Positions 56,015-64,000 of a DNA stretch of 64,000 nucleotides are shown here, one piece after another. The first letter of the stretch is position 1; every line of letters begins with the position of its first letter. Made by a program: the position numbers and the translations under genes. The DNA is from Candidatus Spongiihabitans sp. (lineage in GTDB: Bacteria > Pseudomonadota > Gammaproteobacteria > Arenicellales > Poriferihabitantaceae): contig OZ242212.1 in assembly GCA_965206355.1 (NCBI GenBank), positions 2,014,814 through 2,078,813 of the forward strand, given 5' to 3'. Under the pieces are notes generated by a model, which worked only from the letters and a program-made list of their open reading frames with translations, did not search any database and was not told the DNA's origin.

Positions 56015-57570
56015 GTATTTCAATGGTGGAGGTTACTGGTGCGAATTTTCGCACCGATGGTAAAAGCGACAACACCAACACCCAGTTCATGGATCACCTT
56101 GGGATGCGGTTGCGTTATCTACCCGCCCGCCTTGCCATTTCCAGATCACTATCAATAGTTTCTCCAGTGACGACATTTAGCGGGAAAAACGATGGAAAGA
56201 CCATCAAAGGCGATACCCTGTTCGGTAACGATGCAACCCTACTGGTTTGGGTTTCACTTATCGTGGAACATGCCGGTGATCGCGATATGGACATAAAAAA
56301 ATTAATTGATTTAGTCGCCGGACATTGGCGCAGGGGCATCGACATCCTTGATAAGGAATGGAAACAGTCTAACGACATTGAGGAATTTGTAGCTAGATTA
56401 GTGGATGTAGCAGAGTTGCCGCGCGATGGTGGGCATACAACCGTTGTCCCTGACAACTACGGCGATGCGATTGCTCTTCCTGCATCAAACATCACCGTGC
56501 CTATCGGCGAAGTTTCCAAAGACACTACAACCAATAAAAACGTGTTGTGGAATTTGAACGGGGCGGGTGGGTCGCCGCATAGCGCGATTATGGGCGGGGT
56601 CGGTTCGGGCAAAACCCGAACGGCGGTTGCCATGCTGAAAAGCATTCGCGAACAAACACAGGTGCCTTTAATCGCCTTTGACTTTAAGGGTGACCTGGGC
56701 ACCGATGACAATGGCAATGGCTATCACATTGAGAAAATTTTTAATGCGGACATTTCTGCACCGCCACGACGACCCATACCATTGAATGTTTTTTTATTAA
56801 ATTCAAGAGATGACATAGATATCGCAGAAGCAGCGTCACGTTTCCGTGATGCATTTGATCACTTAAAAGTCGGGCAATTTGGCGCGAAACAGAGGGACGC
56901 AATACACGAAGCTGCAACAGCCGCATTAACAACACACGAAGTGTGCGAGATCACACATATACGAGATGCGTTAGAGAGAGTGTACGAAGAACGGGAATAC
57001 AAAGAAGACGGTGCCATTTCCACGATGCGAGACATTTGCCGCTTCCCATTGTTTGAGCCTAGATTTACTCCTTCAGCTTTTTTTACAAATAATCATTTAA
57101 TTAAACTGCCGCCTAATATAGCGGGAGACAACCGAAAATTGATTGTCAATCTAGTATTAAACGCTTTGGATCAATACCTTAACAGTCTAGCAGATTCTCA
57201 AACCAATGATGACGGAGCACGAGCATTGCGAGTTTTGTGTATGGTGGACGAAGCGCATCAAATTTTAGGACAAAAACTACCCTCTCTTTCCAATCTTATG
57301 CGCATGAGCAGATCCAAAGGTGGCGCAATTATGCTGGTTTCGCAATCACCGGATGATTTTTCTGGTGTGGAAGATGATTTCTTGAACGAGATGGGATTGA
57401 TCGTCGCCTTCAACACCAACGCTTCGCCACGAAATGTAGGTCGTATTCTTGGCGGAAAGGCTAAATTAACTGGATTGAAAACCGGACAGTGTTTTGTAAA
57501 ACGACGGGAAGACTCGAATAGTAAACGAGTAGTCGCGTGGTCAAACGAAAACCGATCTGATACAGAATAA
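56011..57570 (+). CDS. DndE-like N-terminal domain fused to a HerA/FtsK-type P-loop ATPase (DndEi-like)
   Basis: 519-aa ORF whose start overlaps the DndD-like stop (ATGA). Residues ~10-130 (LGMRLRYLPARLAISRSLS...DGKTIKGDTLFG...GHWRRGIDIL) resemble DndE. It has Walker A GGVGSGKTRTA, Walker B LCMVDEAHQIL and a downstream LVSQSPDDF. Confidence 0.6.
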   Translation: MSISMVEVTGANFRTDGKSDNTNTQFMDHLGMRLRYLPARLAISRSLSIVSPVTTFSGKNDGKTIKGDTLFGNDATLLVWVSLIVEHAGDRDMDIKKLIDLVAGHWRRGIDILDKEWKQSNDIEEFVARLVDVAELPRDGGHTTVVPDNYGDAIALPASNITVPIGEVSKDTTTNKNVLWNLNGAGGSPHSAIMGGVGSGKTRTAVAMLKSIREQTQVPLIAFDFKGDLGTDDNGNGYHIEKIFNADISAPPRRPIPLNVFLLNSRDDIDIAEAASRFRDAFDHLKVGQFGAKQRDAIHEAATAALTTHEVCEITHIRDALERVYEEREYKEDGAISTMRDICRFPLFEPRFTPSAFFTNNHLIKLPPNIAGDNRKLIVNLVLNALDQYLNSLADSQTNDDGARALRVLCMVDEAHQILGQKLPSLSNLMRMSRSKGGAIMLVSQSPDDFSGVEDDFLNEMGLIVAFNTNASPRNVGRILGGKAKLTGLKTGQCFVKRREDSNSKRVVAWSNENRSDTE

Positions 57571-57588
57571 CTGCGACCGACTGGCCAA

Positions 57589-58995
57589 ATGAACACTTTA
57601 AACACCATGCGCATCTGCCACGGCGTTTGTCTGCCCACCGAGCATGACCGTTGCTGGACGCTGGCAAGCTATAAAGCGAATGGCGGATATCATGCCCTTG
57701 AAAAAATCCTCAAAGAGCATATCCCGGCAACCGACATCAATGAAGCCTTAAAAGAAGCCAACCTGCGCGGGCGTGGTGGTGCCGGTTTTCCGGTTGGCGT
57801 TAAATGGAGCTTTATGCCACGTGATGCCGATGTGCAAAAATATGTGGTGTGTAATTCTGACGAGGGCGAGCCCGGAACCTGTAAAGATCGTGACATCCTG
57901 CGCTACAACCCCCACGCGCTCATCGAAGGCATGGCCATCGGCGGCTACGCGATGGGTGCGACGGTGGGCTACAACTACATCCGCGGCGAGTTTTGGGAGC
58001 CCTATCAGCAGATGGAAGCCGCCATGGCTGAAGCCTACGACACCGGCTTGTTGGGTAAAAACTTGCTCGGTTCAGGGTTTGATTTTGACCTGTACAGTCA
58101 TTTGGGGGCGGGGGCCTATATTTGTGGAGAAGAAACTGCCCTGCTTAATTCTCTGGAAGGCTTAAAAGGGCAACCCCGCTTCAAACCGCCTTTCCCCGCT
58201 ACCTTCGGCTTATACGGTAAGCCGACCACCATTAACAATACCGAATCTTTTGCATCCATTCCAGCTATTTTGCGTGGTAACGGCAAATGGATGGATAGCC
58301 AGTGGTTCAAGGGTCTGGGTGTCGAAAACTCAGGCGGTGTGAAAATATTTTCGGTGACTGGTCATGTTGAATTACCGGGAAACTATGAAATCAAGATGGG
58401 TACGCCATTTAGTGAACTGTTGCAGATGGCAGGCGGGGTCTGGAAAAATCGAAAATTGAAGGCGGTTATCCCCGGCGGCTCTTCAGTACCAGTGATGCCT
58501 GCCGAAAATATTATGCAAGCGAATATGGATTATGATTCGCTACAAAAAAACGGTTCTGCGGTCGGTGCCGGTTCGGTTATTGTCATGGATGAAAACACCG
58601 ATATGGTCAAAGTGTTAGAACGCATTTCCTATTTTTATTTTGAAGAATCATGTGGGCAATGTACGCCGTGTCGGGAAGGCACTGGCTGGCTATATCGTAT
58701 CATTAGACGTATTAATAATGGACAAGGGGTGCGCTCAGATCTGGATACCTTGCTGGATGTTGCCAATCGCATTGAAGGGCGCACCATCTGTGCATTAGGG
58801 GATGCCGCCGCTTGGCCAGTGCAGAGTTTTCTGAAACATTTCCGCCATGAGTTTGAAGCGAAGATAAGCAAAAGCCTGCACCCTGTCGTTAATAATCAGT
58901 CCCATGACCCTGCCGATGACCATACCGACAATGTCGCGTCAGACGACCACCTTGCCGAGCAAGCGCAATCTCGGGCAGAGCAAATAACCATATGA
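57589..58995 (+). CDS. nuoF: NADH-quinone oxidoreductase subunit F
   Basis: [25 protein letters not shown], and N3 cluster motif [12 protein letters not shown]; ~40-aa C-terminal extension. Confidence 0.95.
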   Translation: MNTLNTMRICHGVCLPTEHDRCWTLASYKANGGYHALEKILKEHIPATDINEALKEANLRGRGGAGFPVGVKWSFMPRDADVQKYVVCNSDEGEPGTCKDRDILRYNPHALIEGMAIGGYAMGATVGYNYIRGEFWEPYQQMEAAMAEAYDTGLLGKNLLGSGFDFDLYSHLGAGAYICGEETALLNSLEGLKGQPRFKPPFPATFGLYGKPTTINNTESFASIPAILRGNGKWMDSQWFKGLGVENSGGVKIFSVTGHVELPGNYEIKMGTPFSELLQMAGGVWKNRKLKAVIPGGSSVPVMPAENIMQANMDYDSLQKNGSAVGAGSVIVMDENTDMVKVLERISYFYFEESCGQCTPCREGTGWLYRIIRRINNGQGVRSDLDTLLDVANRIEGRTICALGDAAAWPVQSFLKHFRHEFEAKISKSLHPVVNNQSHDPADDHTDNVASDDHLAEQAQSRAEQITI

Positions 58996-61526
58996 GTAGC
59001 ATTACCATAGAAGTGGACGGCAAAGCGTTGCAAGCGCAGGCTGGCGAAATGCTGATTGTTGTTACCGACAGAAACGCTATTGAGATTCCCCGATTCTGCT
59101 ATCACGAAAAATTGTCGGTCGCTGCCAACTGTCGCATGTGTCTGGTTGAAGTGGAAAAAGCACCCAAACCGCTACCCGCCTGCGCTACGCCGGTGATGGA
59201 TGGCATGAAAGTGTTTACCCGTTCACAATACGCCCGCGCAGCACAACAGGGCACGATGGAATTTCTGCTCATCAATCATCCGCTTGATTGCCCGGTTTGT
59301 GATCAGGGCGGGGAATGCCCGTTACAGGATCAGGCCATGGCTTATGGCAACGATGGCTCCAGATTTCTGGAGCGAAAACGCAGTGTGCCCAGTCACCACA
59401 TCGGACCACTGATTGCCACCGAGATGACCCGCTGTATTCACTGTACCCGCTGTGTGCGCTTTGGTGATGAAGTGGCAGGGATGACTGAAATGGGTGCGCC
59501 CGGTCGGGGTGAGTTTATGAGCATCAGCACATTTCTTAATCATTCGATAGATTCGGAAGTTTCCGGCAACATGATCGATTTATGCCCGGTGGGCGCACTA
59601 ACCTCCAAGCCCTACCGCTTCGCCGCGCGCTCGTGGGAACTGCAAAATCATCGCGGCATCAGCCCGCACGACTGCGTCGGCGCCAACCTTAACATCCAAA
59701 CCTTGCGTGATCGAGTTGAACGGGTATTGCCGATTGACAATCATGAGATTAACCAATGCTGGCTCGCCGACCGAGATCGTTATAGTTATGAAGCCGTCAA
59801 CAGCGATCAGCGCTTAACCGAACCGATGATTAAAACCGATGGGGTATGGTGCGAAGTGGACTGGGAAACGGCACTGCTTCACACCGCTAGCGCGATAACA
59901 ACCGTCCGTGATTGTGCCCCTGGTAGCGAGCTCGGCGGCTTAGCCGCAGCGACCTCGACTTTAGAAGAATTTTATTTATTGCAGAAACTGATGCGTGCTC
60001 TGGGTAGTGAGAATGTCGATCACCGCTTACAGCAATGCGACTTCAGAGACGATAGCATTGCGCCGCACTTCCCATTGTCGGAAGTGCCGATTCAACAATA
60101 CAATGATCTGGCATCGGTCCTATTGGTCGGCTCCAATATCCGCAAAGAACAACCACTACTCGCATTACGACTGCGCGATGGTTGCAACAACAGGGGTACG
60201 AAAATAAGCGTGATCAATCCTATTGCGTTTGATTTTAATTTTGATACGGTTGCAACATACGCCGGTGCTGGCAGGCAAATGCTTGAGAGTTTAGCCACAC
60301 TGGCGTGCTGTGTGGCAGAACTGAAATCTGCCACCTCGCCGACTCCCCTGCCCGATGAAATCCAGCGTCTGGCTGGCAACAAAGCAAGTCGCTCCGCAAC
60401 CGTTATGTCCAAAACAGCCACGCATCTTGTTGATGGTGCTGAAAACACCTTGATTATTATTGGCGGTATTGCGCAACAACATGCGGATGCCAGCCTGCTC
60501 AAGGCAATTTGCCATTGGATTTGCCAAGCTAGCGGATGCAAATTGGCAGTTTTACCTGTCGGCAACAGTGCGGCTGCTTGGATAGCGCATTGCATACCCG
60601 GCAATCAGGGTATGAATGCCGGGCAAATGCTCGGGCAAACAAGCCGTTATGTGCCGAAACATCGGTCTGCCGAAAAAACGGCTGTCGGACTACGCGCCAT
60701 GATACTCCTTGCGACTGAACCTGAGCTGGATAGTATAGAAGGCCAGGCCGCATTGACTGCCCTGCACAATGCCAAATTGGTGGTGCAGATTAGCGCATTC
60801 AAAAGCGCATCGGTTATGCAATATGCCGATGTCTTATTGCCTATGGCCGCTTTTACCGAGTCGGCAGGCACCTTTATCAACTGCGAAGGTCGCAGACAAC
60901 GTGCAGAAGTGGCAGCCTCTCCACAAGGTCAAGCGCGCCCGGCATGGAAAATTCTGCGGGTATTAGCTAACTTTCTTGAACTTGAGGGTTTTGATTATAT
61001 TACGCTGGATGACGTTAGTGCGGAGATCAACGCGCAGATTAGTGATGTTGCAGGCGAGGAACCGCCTACAAACCGTTGCACACAAGACCCGGTGCAATTT
61101 GCCAAATGGGACACCCTTAAATCCGCACCTAACAATCCCGACAGCAATTGCTTGCAACGCATTGCCGATATGCCGATGTACCGCGGCGACAGCACGCTGC
61201 GCCACGCCCATGCACTCCAGCAAACTGCCGACAATCCGCCAGTAGCCGCCAATCTCAACCCGGCCACTATGGCAAAATTGAATCTCAATGCAGGCGACAA
61301 GGTGCGGGTACGCCACATATCCGAACAGCCCGGGCAAACAGAAGCCGCAGACAGCACGTTGCCGCTACGGCTAAACAGTGGCATACCCGATGACTGTGTT
61401 TATATTCCCGCAGGATTCAGCGAAAGCGCAACTCTGGGCCGACATGCTATGCTCTGCTTGCTACCCTGTCAAGATGATACGCAGAGAAATGGTACGCACA
61501 GCGAACAGGTAGCGACCGAACCGTGA
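58992..61526 (+). CDS. nuoG: NADH-quinone oxidoreductase subunit G
   Basis: N-terminal 2Fe-2S/4Fe-4S motifs ([46 protein letters not shown]) and a molybdopterin-like domain. Confidence 0.95.
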   Translation: MSSITIEVDGKALQAQAGEMLIVVTDRNAIEIPRFCYHEKLSVAANCRMCLVEVEKAPKPLPACATPVMDGMKVFTRSQYARAAQQGTMEFLLINHPLDCPVCDQGGECPLQDQAMAYGNDGSRFLERKRSVPSHHIGPLIATEMTRCIHCTRCVRFGDEVAGMTEMGAPGRGEFMSISTFLNHSIDSEVSGNMIDLCPVGALTSKPYRFAARSWELQNHRGISPHDCVGANLNIQTLRDRVERVLPIDNHEINQCWLADRDRYSYEAVNSDQRLTEPMIKTDGVWCEVDWETALLHTASAITTVRDCAPGSELGGLAAATSTLEEFYLLQKLMRALGSENVDHRLQQCDFRDDSIAPHFPLSEVPIQQYNDLASVLLVGSNIRKEQPLLALRLRDGCNNRGTKISVINPIAFDFNFDTVATYAGAGRQMLESLATLACCVAELKSATSPTPLPDEIQRLAGNKASRSATVMSKTATHLVDGAENTLIIIGGIAQQHADASLLKAICHWICQASGCKLAVLPVGNSAAAWIAHCIPGNQGMNAGQMLGQTSRYVPKHRSAEKTAVGLRAMILLATEPELDSIEGQAALTALHNAKLVVQISAFKSASVMQYADVLLPMAAFTESAGTFINCEGRRQRAEVAASPQGQARPAWKILRVLANFLELEGFDYITLDDVSAEINAQISDVAGEEPPTNRCTQDPVQFAKWDTLKSAPNNPDSNCLQRIADMPMYRGDSTLRHAHALQQTADNPPVAANLNPATMAKLNLNAGDKVRVRHISEQPGQTEAADSTLPLRLNSGIPDDCVYIPAGFSESATLGRHAMLCLLPCQDDTQRNGTHSEQVATEP

Positions 61527-62572
61527 TATACACATTTTATCTTTCTGCGACTGAATGGCTACCTCAGGTAATCCGGGAAAGCCTCTGGATTGTCATTAAA
61601 ATTATGGCAATTTTGTTACCGCTGATGCTGAGTGTCGCCTATTTCACCTTTGCCGAACGTAAGCTGATTGGTTATATGCAAACCCGAGTCGGACCCAATC
61701 GGGTCGGACCGAAAGGCTGGCTTCAGCCGATTGCCGATGCCTTGAAATTACTGATGAAGGAAATCATCCTGCCGAGTAAATCCAATAAGTTTCTGTTTTT
61801 GATTGCGCCGATTCTCTCGCTGGCACCAGCGCTCGCCGCCTGGGCAGTGATTCCATTTACCGATTTTCTGGTGCTGGCGGATATTGATGCCAGCTTACTG
61901 TATGTTCTTGCGCTCACATCTATGGGCGTGTACGGGGTCATTATTGCTGGCTGGGCTTCAAATTCAAAATACGCTTTTCTGGGGGCGATGCGCTCGGCGG
62001 CACAAATTGTCGCTTATGAAATTGCCATGGGTTTTGCGCTGGTCGGAGTGTTAATGGTAGCAGGTAGTCTCAACTTGCGGGAGATTGTGCTTCATCAGGC
62101 AGGTGGCTTCTGGCACTGGTACTTTTTACCCTTGTTTCCTTTGTTTATTGTGTATTTTATTTCAGGTGTGGCAGAAACCAACCGTGCGCCGTTTGATGTT
62201 GCCGAAGGTGAGTCAGAAATCGTTGCTGGTTTTCATGTTGAATATTCGGGCATGGCGTTTGCAGTGTTCTTTTTAGCCGAATATGCCAACATGATATTGA
62301 TTGCTGCCCTGACCGTGCTGATGTTTTTAGGCGGCTGGTTACCTCCCGTTGAGTCGGCACCGTTTATCTGGATGCCACCGTTATTTTGGTTTGCCGTTAA
62401 AACCGCTTTCGTTTCTTTTTTCTTTTTATGGCTCAGAGCCACTTTCCCGCGCTACCGCTATGATCAAATTATGCGCTTGGGTTGGAAAGTGTTAATCCCG
62501 GTAACGCTGGTTTGGATTGTGGTCATCGGTCTGGGTAAGTTTTACACACCTTTTGGCAGCATATTTCAATAA
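61523..62572 (+). CDS. nuoH: NADH-quinone oxidoreductase subunit H
   Basis: [21 protein letters not shown] and [27 protein letters not shown]. Confidence 0.95.
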   Translation: MIYTFYLSATEWLPQVIRESLWIVIKIMAILLPLMLSVAYFTFAERKLIGYMQTRVGPNRVGPKGWLQPIADALKLLMKEIILPSKSNKFLFLIAPILSLAPALAAWAVIPFTDFLVLADIDASLLYVLALTSMGVYGVIIAGWASNSKYAFLGAMRSAAQIVAYEIAMGFALVGVLMVAGSLNLREIVLHQAGGFWHWYFLPLFPLFIVYFISGVAETNRAPFDVAEGESEIVAGFHVEYSGMAFAVFFLAEYANMILIAALTVLMFLGGWLPPVESAPFIWMPPLFWFAVKTAFVSFFFLWLRATFPRYRYDQIMRLGWKVLIPVTLVWIVVIGLGKFYTPFGSIFQ

Positions 62573-62591
62573 CCGATATAGGCACGACATT

Positions 62592-63083
62592 ATGGGGCTG
62601 GACATTAAACAACTGTATAAAACCTTTTCACTACAAGAGTTAAGAAAGGGACTCTGGGTGACCGGTCGTCAATTGTTACACAAAAAAACGACCATTATGT
62701 ATCCCGAAGAAAAAACCCCGAAATCACCTCGCTTTCGGGGACTGCACGCATTGCGGCGTTATGCCAACGGTGAAGAGCGTTGCATTGCCTGTAAATTGTG
62801 TGAAGTCGTTTGTCCGGCTTTGGCGATCACCATTGACTCCGAAGAACGCGAAGATGGTAGCCGTCGGACAACACGGTATGATATTGATTTGTTCATGTGT
62901 GTTTATTGCGGTTTTTGTGAAGAAGCCTGTCCGGTTGATGCGATCGTAATGACCGATATTCACGAATTCCACATGGAAGAAAATAATGAACGCATTATTG
63001 ACAAACAACATTTGCTTGAACTAGGTGATAAGTATGAAAAGGACATTGCAGCAGCACGTAAACAAGATGCCCCTTACCGATAA
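62592..63083 (+). CDS. nuoI: NADH-quinone oxidoreductase subunit I
   Basis: Two ferredoxin motifs, [12 protein letters not shown] and [12 protein letters not shown]. The MGLDIKQ start at 62592 is preferred over the ORF start at 62517, which overlaps nuoH. Confidence 0.9.
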   Translation: MGLDIKQLYKTFSLQELRKGLWVTGRQLLHKKTTIMYPEEKTPKSPRFRGLHALRRYANGEERCIACKLCEVVCPALAITIDSEEREDGSRRTTRYDIDLFMCVYCGFCEEACPVDAIVMTDIHEFHMEENNERIIDKQHLLELGDKYEKDIAAARKQDAPYR

Positions 63084-63130
63084 CCTGCCCGATAACCTAT
63101 CATACCTGACCAACAACCTATCCGATATCA

Positions 63131-63784
63131 ATGACATTTCTACAACTTAGCTTTTATGGGTTCAGTGCGCTACTGATTTTTGCCGCCATCATGGTAGTGC
63201 TAATTCGTAACCCGGTGCAATCTGCCCTGTTTCTGGTGCTGGCATTTTTCAGTGCTGCCTGTGTCTGGATCACATTACAAGCCGAATTTTTAGCCATCGT
63301 GCTGGTTCTGGTCTATGTCGGCGCAGTCATGGTCTTGTTTTTGTTTGTGGTGATGATGCTAGACATTGATCTGGCGAAATTACGCGCTGGATTTACCCGT
63401 TATCTACCAGTTGGCGGTTTAATCGCGATATTGCTGGTTGTGGAAATTGCACTGGTCATGCACGCTTCTTTTGATGCCGGAAAATACAGCAATCCTACCG
63501 TATATGGGATTGAATACAGCAATACCAAAGTCCTAGGGCGGCAGATTTATACCGATTATGTGTATGCTTTTGAAATTGCCGCTTTCATTTTACTGGTTGC
63601 CATCATTGCCGCTATTGCCGTAACCATGCGGCGGCGACCCAATAGTAAATACAACAGTCCGGCAGCGCAGGTGCAAGTCAAGCGCGAACATCGCTTGCGC
63701 ATTGTCAGTATGGATGCCGTACCCACTGCACCAAGCGCCAGCGCATCAACACCAGCAACAACAACCGAAGAGGACGAATCATGA
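63131..63784 (+). CDS. nuoJ: NADH-quinone oxidoreductase subunit J
   Basis: Polytopic membrane ORF ([20 protein letters not shown]) with a Ser/Thr/Ala-rich C-terminal tail. Confidence 0.9.
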   Translation: MTFLQLSFYGFSALLIFAAIMVVLIRNPVQSALFLVLAFFSAACVWITLQAEFLAIVLVLVYVGAVMVLFLFVVMMLDIDLAKLRAGFTRYLPVGGLIAILLVVEIALVMHASFDAGKYSNPTVYGIEYSNTKVLGRQIYTDYVYAFEIAAFILLVAIIAAIAVTMRRRPNSKYNSPAAQVQVKREHRLRIVSMDAVPTAPSASASTPATTTEEDES

Positions 63785-64000
63785 TTCCTTTATCGCATTA
63801 TTTGATACTCGGCGCACTATTGTTTGCCATTGGCGTGGTCGGGATTTTCCTCAATCGAAAGAATCTAATTATTTTGTTGATGTCCATTGAATTACTGCTG
63901 TTGGCAGTGAATATCAACTTCATCGCCTTTTCGCATTATCTTCAGGACATTGCCGGTCAGGTGTTTGTATTTTTTATTTTAACTGTTGCTGCCGCAGAAG
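63781..64000 (+). CDS. nuoK: NADH-quinone oxidoreductase subunit K (3' end outside the window)
   Basis: The ATG overlaps the nuoJ stop (ATGA). The translation [47 protein letters not shown] is typical NuoK. Confidence 0.9.
   Translation, partial: MIPLSHYLILGALLFAIGVVGIFLNRKNLIILLMSIELLLLAVNINFIAFSHYLQDIAGQVFVFFILTVAAAE

Overview
This window looks like a moderately AT-rich gammaproteobacterial chromosome segment. All calls come from reading the ORF translations and the DNA by eye; no searches were run. The core genes are radA-alr-dnaB, rpsF-rpsR-rplI, etfBA, ettA, yciA/yciB/yciI, aceE-aceF-lpdA, acpP, ssrA (tmRNA), clpSA, tatD-holB-tmk-mltG-fabF, yhhQ and the complex I operon nuoA-K. Mobile and accessory DNA is layered on this backbone. 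(1) A four-gene DndC / 65-aa ORF / DndD / DndE-ATPase-fusion cassette (phosphorothioation type) sits between nuoE and nuoF inside the nuo operon. It has no dndA, dndB or restriction partner in view, and it is the most unusual system here. (2) A roughly 10.7-kb mosaic island lies between yciI and lpdA. It holds a GC-rich autotransporter with a 25-nt poly-G tract in its 5' coding region, a P2-like tail-gene remnant, an integrase-less integron cassette array with six attC sites, and an IS5-family element that itself carries a MITE and an IS1595-family element. (3) A 139/162-bp MITE family has seven copies with 5-bp AT-rich target duplications and shares its terminal repeats with the IS5-family element. 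(4) A SAM-domain/class III cyclase/STAND-ATPase/TPR giant protein is operonic with a JmjC-like cupin. (5) acpP and fabF are separated by an apparent ~9-kb inversion.
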